This document shows positions 1-7,276 of a stretch of DNA of 32,000 bases, one piece after another. Position 1 is the first letter of the stretch. Each line of letters opens with the position of its first letter. Source of the stretch: Fibrobacter succinogenes subsp. succinogenes S85 (GTDB taxonomy: Bacteria > Fibrobacterota > Fibrobacteria > Fibrobacterales > Fibrobacteraceae); the NCBI RefSeq assembly GCF_000146505.1, contig NC_017448.1, positions 3,630,001-3,662,000 on the forward strand, written 5' to 3'. The position numbers and the translations under genes are program-made. The notes beneath the pieces are model-generated. The model saw only the letters and a program-made list of their open reading frames with translations. It searched no databases and was not told the DNA's origin.

Positions 1-1
1 G

Positions 2-535
2 TACGATGCTAGCCACGGATTCTGGACTTCCGGCTTGCCGGACGGTTTCTTGGATGCGGTTGCACTTTCTTCGCAGTATTCCGATGTGGCGAGGACGATT
101 TACGAACCCTCGCGTGGATTCTTCAGCGCCGATGGCTCGGGCTGGGGAACCGCTTCCGTGGAACTGGACTCTAACTGGCATGGTGATGCCGGCATGCAGA
201 AGATTGAATGGAATATCAAGCGCCTGAAGGACTTTATCGTCAAAACGGAACCTTTGGGTGTAAATATTGTCGGTGTGATATTCCCGCAGAATCCGGGATA
301 TCGCAATACCGGTTCCTGGGGCCGTTATGGTCCGAGACGCTCTGTTGCCAAGGACATTATGGATTCCCTGAATAAGTTCCAGAAGCAGTATCCGCATTTC
401 CATGTGCTTGACGAAAACAAGAACGGTGAGCACGATTATGCGGACGATTGCGCTGTGAATACGGACCATCTAAGCTTGATAGGGGCAGCCAAGGTGACGG
501 GGCGTATAGATTCCCTGCTGAAAACGTTGAAGTAA
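2..535 (+). CDS. 3' fragment (5' end outside window) of a paralog of the next gene: SGNH-like C-terminal domain of a Fibrobacter TIGR02171-like family protein
   Basis: Frame 2 is open from the window edge to TAA at 533-535. The C-terminal ~95 aa (GVIFPQNPGYRNTGSWGRYGPRRS...NTDHLSLIGAAKVTGRIDSLL) align colinearly with the C-terminus of ORF 599-3538 (GVMFPISPYYKKTGTYGRHGMRRS...DADHLNKDGAKKITARIDELI), including the DxxH-type motif typical of SGNH/DltD-like folds. Confidence 0.7.
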   Translation, partial: YDASHGFWTSGLPDGFLDAVALSSQYSDVARTIYEPSRGFFSADGSGWGTASVELDSNWHGDAGMQKIEWNIKRLKDFIVKTEPLGVNIVGVIFPQNPGYRNTGSWGRYGPRRSVAKDIMDSLNKFQKQYPHFHVLDENKNGEHDYADDCAVNTDHLSLIGAAKVTGRIDSLLKTLK

Positions 536-598
536 TAATGTATTTGACGTTATTCTGGGTGAAGGAAAGTTTGTATATTAGTTCCAAGGAATCATAAT

Positions 599-3538
599 AT
601 GAAAATTTTTGGAATGAAAGATACTCTTATCTTAAGCGTTGCCGCTTTATCTATAATTTTCCTGGAATCCTGCTCGGATGATTCTCCGACTCAGACAGAA
701 ATGGGGTCGTCCCTTGTTTGTTCCTTAAGGGACAATTGCCCCGGTGCTGATCTAAAAGATGACTTTGCGCTTGTCCGGTCTTCTGGAAAAACTATAGTAG
801 TAGGCACGAATAACAAAACGGCTAAAGTCAATGAACGCCCTGAAATGGACGTCAAGTTTGATTACGATTATCAGCTCGGTTTGCATGAAGTCACCTGTGG
901 CGAATTCAAGGACTTGATGAACGGAAAGAACGGACTTTCGCTTGAGTGCTCTCAGAGTGTGGTTCCTGTGGTGAATGTCACCTATTACGATGCGGTCCTT
1001 TTTGCCAATGCCAAAAGCGTCAAGTTCAAGTTAGATACCGCTTATAGCTATTCCTCGGCTGAATTTGACAAGAATGGCCATTGTGTGCTTCTGGAAGGGT
1101 TCAAGTTCAATCCGAATGTTGATGCTTACCGCTTGCCAACCGAAGCGGAATGGATTTTTGCGGCAAGCCTTTCGGCCAATGTTGAAAAGAGCTGGAATGC
1201 CGACAATTCTGATTTCAAGGCTCACGAAGTTTGCAAGAAAAAAGACGAAAACGGCTTTTGCGATCTATATGGCAACGTGACGGAATGGGTCAATGACTGG
1301 CTCGGGAATTTCCGCGATACGACGATAACGAACTTTGTGGGCGCTACAAATGGCGGTAGCCTTGGCGAACGAGTGATCAAGGGCGGTAGCTTTAGGAGCG
1401 AACCTTCGGCGATTAACGTGTATGCCCGTGGAGATGTCTACACCGTTACGGGTACGAGTTCTTCGGAATATCTCGGGTTCCGACTTGCGTATGGAAAGAT
1501 TAGCAACCCGGTTTGGCTTGATGCTTCGGGCGAGGTCGTGGCTTCGAATATGTCTATTGTCACATCTTCGAAAAAGATTTCGTCCATTTTTGGAGTTTCG
1601 CGTTCTAGGCTTGCGTTCCGCAATGACGTGACCGGAAACTTGGCCTATGTCGATTTTGCAAAGATTTCACCGACCATTGTTGAAATCAAGGATTCTCTGG
1701 GCGTTTATCACCCCGATATTTCTCCGGACGGCAAGCGTGTGACGTTCTGCACGGGGCAGGAGGGAATTAGTGGAAATTCTGCAGTCTACGTGCGCAATCT
1801 GGATGCGGAAGGGACTGGCCTTGTAAAGCTTGACGTGAAGTCGGCTGCGATTCCGCGCTGGCGCGTGCTTGAAAACGGCGATACGGTGATTGTGTACGTG
1901 ACGGATGCCGGCAATAACAAGGACGAATCTGTGTTCAAGGCAGCATCTACATGGCAGGTGAAATTTGCAAATGGCAAGTTCGGCGAACCTTCTAAGCTTT
2001 TTGATGGCGCTTATCACGGTGGAATCAGCGATGATGAAAAGTTGACGGTCTCTGGAGCGCGTTTGCTCCGTGCTCGAATTGCAGCGAAGGAATCAACGGT
2101 AAAGTCGAAAGCCGAAGATGAAGTTTGGTATGGTGGCGAGCAGGCTTGCAATGCTTCGCTTAACAAGACGACGAAAAAGACGCTCTTCCTTGATTTCGCA
2201 GGTGAAACTGGCACGAAGTTTGTCGGCTCGAAGTACCGCACTCATGAACGTATGCTCATTGCCGATGATGGTGGCAAGCTTGTTTCTTCTGTTGCTGCTC
2301 CCAGTGGCTATACCTTTGACCATAGCGAATGGGTGCAGAATGACGAAACGATGGCTGTCGCAACGCTTACGAATGCCGATGGCGCACACCAGAAAATTGC
2401 CTTGGTGAATACGAAGGATGGCTCTATCCTGAATCTCGTCGAAGGCGAGGAATTGTGGCACCCGAGTTTCTGGACTCCGTCGGATAAGACTCCGGTTGCC
2501 TCGGACTGGGATGCTGATAGCGTGGGCCATTATGTGTCGGCCGCGAACCAGACAAATTACCTGCTTTCGCACAAGATGCCGATGTTCTGGAAACTGAAGG
2601 ATACGGTGGAAGTGGTTGGCCTTGGCAATTCCCACTTGTGGGCGGGCTTTGCCGCTCCTGAAATGAGCAAGCCTGCAATGAATATGGGTGTTGTGCCGTG
2701 CGACATGCACTGCATGCACTACCTCTTTAAGAATTACGTCTTGAACCATTGCCCCAAGGTGAAATACGTTGTGTTGAGCCTCGATATTGACTTGTGGTAC
2801 AACATTGACCCGCGTACGGATATCAATGCGGGCATGGGTGGCGCACTTGGCTTTGCATACGACCAAAGTCATGAATTCTACCCGGAAGGTGTTGATGACA
2901 AGTTTGTGGAAATGGTCATGGATAATGCCTCGGATGATATTGGTGAAATCCTTGATGCACATGGCTGGCATGCTGCCACGGAAAATCTCGGCTGGACTGA
3001 TGAAAACGGTGTTTCTGTCATGAACGGTGATTCTACTTGGAGCGATTGCCTGTTCAACAAGAACCTCGCCAATTGCCTTGTAGATATGGACCAGAATACT
3101 TGCCTTTCCACCTACACGATGGATGTCTGCGTGCCGGATACGAACTTGAACATGTGTCTTGCCAAGTCTGAACTGAACCAGTGCCTGGCAATTTTCTCTG
3201 GCGATGTCGACAAGCTCAGGGAGTTGGTGCGCCTAGCCAAGGAAAACGACATTACGGTGATTGGCGTGATGTTCCCGATCAGCCCGTATTACAAGAAAAC
3301 GGGTACTTATGGCCGTCACGGGATGCGCCGCAGCCACGCCAAGGCGTTGATTGATGAAATCGAAGCCATGACCGAAAGCAAATCAAATTTTGTCATCATG
3401 AACGAGAACAATTTTGGCGACCACGATTACTCAACGTCTTTGGCAAATGATGCAGACCATTTGAATAAAGACGGTGCCAAGAAAATCACGGCTCGCATTG
3501 ATGAGTTGATCAAGTCGCTGGATGGCAAGTCCAAATAA
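599..3538 (+). CDS. 979-aa multidomain lipoprotein: N-terminal FGE/SUMF1 (sulfatase-modifying-factor-like) domain, central TolB/PD40-like beta-propeller, C-terminal SGNH-like (TIGR02171-like) domain
   Basis: Signal peptide with lipobox (LSIIFLESC). SUMF1 hallmarks: HEVTCGEF, AYRLPTEAEW, LYGNVTEWVNDW, IKGGSFRS, LGFRLAYG. PD40-like HPDISPDGKRVTF. C-terminal DADHL motif. Long ORF with an ordinary amino-acid composition. Confidence 0.85.
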   Translation: MKIFGMKDTLILSVAALSIIFLESCSDDSPTQTEMGSSLVCSLRDNCPGADLKDDFALVRSSGKTIVVGTNNKTAKVNERPEMDVKFDYDYQLGLHEVTCGEFKDLMNGKNGLSLECSQSVVPVVNVTYYDAVLFANAKSVKFKLDTAYSYSSAEFDKNGHCVLLEGFKFNPNVDAYRLPTEAEWIFAASLSANVEKSWNADNSDFKAHEVCKKKDENGFCDLYGNVTEWVNDWLGNFRDTTITNFVGATNGGSLGERVIKGGSFRSEPSAINVYARGDVYTVTGTSSSEYLGFRLAYGKISNPVWLDASGEVVASNMSIVTSSKKISSIFGVSRSRLAFRNDVTGNLAYVDFAKISPTIVEIKDSLGVYHPDISPDGKRVTFCTGQEGISGNSAVYVRNLDAEGTGLVKLDVKSAAIPRWRVLENGDTVIVYVTDAGNNKDESVFKAASTWQVKFANGKFGEPSKLFDGAYHGGISDDEKLTVSGARLLRARIAAKESTVKSKAEDEVWYGGEQACNASLNKTTKKTLFLDFAGETGTKFVGSKYRTHERMLIADDGGKLVSSVAAPSGYTFDHSEWVQNDETMAVATLTNADGAHQKIALVNTKDGSILNLVEGEELWHPSFWTPSDKTPVASDWDADSVGHYVSAANQTNYLLSHKMPMFWKLKDTVEVVGLGNSHLWAGFAAPEMSKPAMNMGVVPCDMHCMHYLFKNYVLNHCPKVKYVVLSLDIDLWYNIDPRTDINAGMGGALGFAYDQSHEFYPEGVDDKFVEMVMDNASDDIGEILDAHGWHAATENLGWTDENGVSVMNGDSTWSDCLFNKNLANCLVDMDQNTCLSTYTMDVCVPDTNLNMCLAKSELNQCLAIFSGDVDKLRELVRLAKENDITVIGVMFPISPYYKKTGTYGRHGMRRSHAKALIDEIEAMTESKSNFVIMNENNFGDHDYSTSLANDADHLNKDGAKKITARIDELIKSLDGKSK

Positions 3539-3555
3539 ATTCTAGTAGGTTGATT

Positions 3556-5340
3556 ATGTCTTGGCTTCTGATATTGGTTCCTGTTGCGGTCGCTCTTTTT
3601 GCGATTTTTCCGCTGACGGATACCGATATCTGGTGGCATCTGGCTTGTGCGCGTGAATGGGTGACCACATGGACGCCTGTGCGCGAGCCTGTTGTGAATG
3701 TGCATGAATATTTTCAGCAGATGGTGGCGTTTGTCTATGATATTGGCGGCGCTCCGTTGCTGGTGGCGTTTAAGGCGCTCCTTTGGGGCGTTGTATTCAT
3801 GCTGTTTTTGCTGCCTTCGATCAAAAAGAATCAACAGTTCCCTACGATAACGTTTGCGGGGATTGTTGTCCTCCTGTTTGTTTTCCGCTATCAGCTTGAA
3901 ATCCGTCCGGTACTTTTGAGCATGCTGTTCCTCGGCGTTTATTGGAACGTGTTGCCTTGGCTATTTTATGGATGGCGTGAAGACCGTAAAGCGGATCGCC
4001 GTGCGGACCCTAAAAAATTCCATCACGTGTTTCACTTGACATTTCGTGATGTGACGCGCCTGTATAAGTTCTTAGGCGTGCTCCTGGTCCTTTTTATCCA
4101 GTGGGTTTGGTGTAAATGCCAAGGCCTGTATATCTTGGGTATAATTCTGGCGTATGGCTTTTTCTCGTATAGTCTCTGGTTTAGGCGTTGGGTTAATTTT
4201 GGAAAGGTCAGGCAATGGAATGGGGTGCGAATTTTGTTCAAAACGGTGGCATGGCAGACTCTTTTGGTCATCCTCCTTTTTGCGACGCCGTTCCTCCATC
4301 ACGATGGCTTTAACCTGATTCCCTATCCGTTTGAACTATTTGACCGTTTGCTTGGACTTTCGCCGTCGGCTACGGTTTTTGCAAGTGAAATTGCGGAGAA
4401 CCGCTCTCCAATTACGCTTTTGCTCAACGGTGAAAATGTGTTGCAGTCCGCCTTGATGCTTGTGTTTTCTGTAATGGGAATTGTTCTGGCTGCTGTCCGG
4501 TGGCATTTGGAGCCTTCGCCTGATGCTTCGTGGCAATTGTCGTGGCAGACGAAAGAACGTGTCGAGGCCATATTTAATCGCAGGTTGTTGCCTTCATGGC
4601 TTTTCATTACGGCGATTCTTTCTCTTATTGCCGAGCGCAACTTTGTGCTCTTTTTGCCGGTTTTTGTTGCTGTCGTTGTTCATTTTTCCGTGCAGCCTTC
4701 GTGTTCAAGCCAGAAGTTCAAAAATACAAGTCTCAAACTTAAAAATACAAGCTTGAAACTCAAAAATTCTAGTTTGAAGCTCAAGAAACATCTTGCCGAA
4801 AAGTCGCGAAAACTTGGCTCTAAGCTGAAACTTAAGGGGAAACTTGCAGAAAAAACTCGAAATTTGAGTACTACCTTGAGCCCGCTTTTGACTTCGGAAT
4901 TGTTGCTTTCGGCTGTTGTGTTGGCTTTTGTTCTTGGGCTTTGGGGCAAGTCGCTCTCGTCTTACGATTCCATGATTGCCTACCAGCGCGTGCCTGTGGG
5001 GGCTGCGCATTGGATGATGGAAAACCCGCATCCGGGCAGGTTGTTTAACGATGACCGTTCGGGTGGTTACTTGGCGTATATGAACCCGCTTGATTCAACG
5101 TATATTGATGGGCGTTTTATCCTGAAAACGGCGGATTTCTTTGAACGGTATTTGACCTATGCTAGAATGCCCAAGCTCTTTTTGGTGGATGCAGATTCGC
5201 TGGATATCGACCGCGTGGTGCTCCCGCTTCGCTATTACGCCAGGTGGGATAAATTGATTGAAACGCTTGATTCTAGCGAAAAATGGCACGTTGCGTACCG
5301 CGATTCTCTTTTTGTGGTGATGGACCGCACACTGTATTAA
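3556..5340 (+). CDS. Polytopic inner-membrane protein (about 10 or more TM segments) with a soluble C-terminal domain; possibly GT-C-like glycosyltransferase/polymerase (function uncertain)
   Basis: ATG at 3556 (the ORF track starts at an in-frame TTG at 3550). There are many hydrophobic stretches, an acidic/aromatic first loop (DTDIWWHLA), a basic low-complexity loop, and a C-terminal ~120-aa non-hydrophobic domain. It starts 18 nt after the upstream lipoprotein gene, so co-transcription is likely. Confidence 0.75.
   Translation: MSWLLILVPVAVALFAIFPLTDTDIWWHLACAREWVTTWTPVREPVVNVHEYFQQMVAFVYDIGGAPLLVAFKALLWGVVFMLFLLPSIKKNQQFPTITFAGIVVLLFVFRYQLEIRPVLLSMLFLGVYWNVLPWLFYGWREDRKADRRADPKKFHHVFHLTFRDVTRLYKFLGVLLVLFIQWVWCKCQGLYILGIILAYGFFSYSLWFRRWVNFGKVRQWNGVRILFKTVAWQTLLVILLFATPFLHHDGFNLIPYPFELFDRLLGLSPSATVFASEIAENRSPITLLLNGENVLQSALMLVFSVMGIVLAAVRWHLEPSPDASWQLSWQTKERVEAIFNRRLLPSWLFITAILSLIAERNFVLFLPVFVAVVVHFSVQPSCSSQKFKNTSLKLKNTSLKLKNSSLKLKKHLAEKSRKLGSKLKLKGKLAEKTRNLSTTLSPLLTSELLLSAVVLAFVLGLWGKSLSSYDSMIAYQRVPVGAAHWMMENPHPGRLFNDDRSGGYLAYMNPLDSTYIDGRFILKTADFFERYLTYARMPKLFLVDADSLDIDRVVLPLRYYARWDKLIETLDSSEKWHVAYRDSLFVVMDRTLY
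4720..4782 (+). repeat. In-frame 21-bp tandem repeat x3 (AAAAATACAAGYYTSAAACTY) encoding (KNTSLKL)3 inside the membrane-protein gene
   Basis: Units at 4720-4740, 4741-4761 and 4762-4782 differ at only a few positions. A second imperfect ~26-bp direct repeat (cttgccgaaaagtcgcgaaaacttgg / cttgcagaaaaaactcgaaatttgag) follows at ~4792-4868. Confidence 0.85.
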
Positions 5341-5428
5341 AACGTAAGACTAAAAAAATTTAAATTTGGTCGTTAATAATTTATTTTTAGATAGATTTAA
5401 CGGCCCTGTGTGGGCATTGGAGTTGTGT

Positions 5429-6874
5429 ATGAATCGTTTGGTAAAAATGGGACTTGCCGGTTTGTTCGCTTTCGGGCTTGCCCAGGCTAAGGTCAATTTC
5501 CCGTTTCCGCAGATGTCGGATTACGGTGGAAATGCAACGCTTTTGAGCGACAAGGCCAAGGCCTCCGAAGAATTGAAGTCCCAGTTTGCCTACTGGCTCA
5601 AAACCATGTACAATGAAAATGGCGATGTTGCTGGTGTCCGTTCTGATCCGGGTTCTGATACGTATTTCTCGGAAGGTGTCGGTTACGGCATGCTTTTGAT
5701 GGTCTACTTTAGCGATAACACGACGAGCTATCAGCCGCAATTCGACAAGATTTGGAACTTCTACAAGAAGATGATGAACGAAAACGGCCTCATGATTTGG
5801 AAGGTTGGTAATCTTTCTCAGTCGTGGGATGCCGGTAATGGTGCAGCACTCGATGGCGATATCGATGCCGCCGCAGCTCTTGCAATGGCTTACTTCCAGT
5901 TCGGTGACGAAAAGTACAAGGAAGATGCCAAGAAGCTTATCCAAGCCATGAAAAAGTCTGAGTTCGAATCAAACGGTTTGCATTTGCCGGGCGACAAGTG
6001 GGGTGATGCCGCTTTGAACCGCAAGAACCCGGGCTATTTTGACCCTGCCTACATGCCGGTTTTTGCCTTGATCGATACGGACAATGCGGAATTCTGGAAC
6101 AAGACCGCTTACGATGCCAACATGAAGCTTTACGAAGCTAGCTCTGCAGAAGTTACGACGGGCCTCATTGATGACTGGACTGATAAAAACGGCAAGAGCG
6201 AAGATGACTACTATAGTTACGATGCTTCCCGCGCTCCGTGGCGCAATGCCAAGGCTGTTTGCTGGCATGGCGATACGCGTGCTCTCGCTCTCGACAAGAA
6301 AATGGCTGAATTTGTCTCTACCGTCAGTGCCGCCAACATGAAGGGCCCTGTCCTCAGATCTTCTGGTAGCCTCGGCAACGATCACAACAGCACGTTCGTG
6401 ACATCCCTCATGACGGCGCTTATCTCTGATGCAAAGTATCAGGCTAAGCTCGATGAATACTGGAAGGAAGCGGTTGCTCTCGGTGACGAAAACTACTTCA
6501 ATCAGTCCCTCAAGCTTTTGAACGGTTTGCTTGTTTCGGGTAACATGCCGAACCTCGCCGCTGCAACGCCTTCGCAGCCGACTTCTTCGAGCTCTGTGAC
6601 TCCGGAATCCAGCTCCAGCGATGCTACGATTGCCTTGCCGACTCTTGCAACGAAATCTCCGAAGATGACCCTCTCTGGCAGGTCTCTCCAGATTACCGCT
6701 AATGGTAATGTCCATGTGGATTTGATTTCTATGACGGGTAGCGTGTTGAAGTCTTTCGACAATCATGCCAATGGTTCTTTGAATGTTTCGCTGAAGTCTG
6801 TCCCGAACGGTCTCTATGTCGTTCGCGTGAAAAATGCAGGCGTCACGAGCCTTAAGAAAATCAAGCTCGACTAA
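5429..6874 (+). CDS. Secreted glycoside hydrolase family 8 endoglucanase with Ser/Pro linker and C-terminal beta-sandwich sorting domain (T9SS-CTD-like)
   Basis: ATG at 5429 gives the signal peptide MNRLVKMGLAGLFAFGLAQA; the upstream extension in the ORF track is probably not translated. GH8 motifs: YFSEGVGYGMLLMV (catalytic Glu region) and ALDGDIDAAAALAMAYFQF (close to the GH8 signature A-[ST]-D-[AG]-D-x2-[IM]-A-x-[SA]-[LIVM]). PSQPTSSSSVTPESSSS linker. The last ~70 aa (..VHVDLISMTGSVLKSF...GLYVVRVKNAGVTSLKKIKLD) resemble a Por/T9SS C-terminal domain. Confidence 0.85.
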   Translation: MNRLVKMGLAGLFAFGLAQAKVNFPFPQMSDYGGNATLLSDKAKASEELKSQFAYWLKTMYNENGDVAGVRSDPGSDTYFSEGVGYGMLLMVYFSDNTTSYQPQFDKIWNFYKKMMNENGLMIWKVGNLSQSWDAGNGAALDGDIDAAAALAMAYFQFGDEKYKEDAKKLIQAMKKSEFESNGLHLPGDKWGDAALNRKNPGYFDPAYMPVFALIDTDNAEFWNKTAYDANMKLYEASSAEVTTGLIDDWTDKNGKSEDDYYSYDASRAPWRNAKAVCWHGDTRALALDKKMAEFVSTVSAANMKGPVLRSSGSLGNDHNSTFVTSLMTALISDAKYQAKLDEYWKEAVALGDENYFNQSLKLLNGLLVSGNMPNLAAATPSQPTSSSSVTPESSSSDATIALPTLATKSPKMTLSGRSLQITANGNVHVDLISMTGSVLKSFDNHANGSLNVSLKSVPNGLYVVRVKNAGVTSLKKIKLD

Positions 6875-6918
6875 AAGCTAAAACAGCGAAGCCCGCTTCT
6901 GCGGAAAAACTTTAAAAG

Positions 6919-6955
6919 TCCGGGAATTGTGAATTCTCGGGCTTTCTTGTTTTAC
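6919..6955 (+). terminator. Probable rho-independent terminator of the GH8 gene
   Basis: Imperfect hairpin tccgggaatt-gtg-aattctcggg followed by the T-rich tract ctttcttgtttt. Confidence 0.5.
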
Positions 6956-6958
6956 GTT

Positions 6959-6983
6959 GTCATCCCCGCGAAGGCGGGGATCT
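6959..6983 (+). repeat. GTCAT...ATCT hairpin element, short form (GTCAT-CCCCGC-gaag-GCGGGG-ATCT)
   Basis: Perfect 8-bp stem. It shares the conserved GTCAT/ATCT frame with five other copies in this window (19761, 19793, 24289, 24629, 24967). Confidence 0.8.
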
Positions 6984-7276
6984 CCTTTTATTATTTAGTG
7001 TTAAGACGAATTAATGCGGTTTTTAACGAACTATTTAGAACAATCTTTATTTGTAAATATTTGTTTGCTTTTTTGCGTATAATTGATGACAACTAAACGA
7101 AATTTGCTGCTGTCAAGTGGTAAAAATAAAATTACAAAATATGTGATATTGCTCAAATTTTAAAAATTTAAGCGTTTTATCCATATAAAATATAATTTTT
7201 GTATGTTTGAAATTATTTTGTATGATTTGTTTGCTAAATTTATTCAACCTTAAAATAAACTAAAAAAGGTGAATAA

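Noticed and set aside
4720-4868. N-x-S/T sequons (NTS, NTS, NSS, NLS) in the repeat loop as N-glycosylation sites
   Set aside because: The loop is strongly basic and most likely cytoplasmic (positive-inside rule). The bacterial PglB-type sequon needs an acidic residue at -2, which is absent here.
6959-6983. GTCAT...ATCT hairpins as ordinary rho-independent terminators
   Set aside because: Most copies lack a downstream T-tract. Two sit between genes that already have canonical terminators, and two flank the GIY-YIG ORF in inverted orientation, one of them upstream of its start. The conserved non-stem flanks (GTCAT, ATCT) are not a terminator feature.
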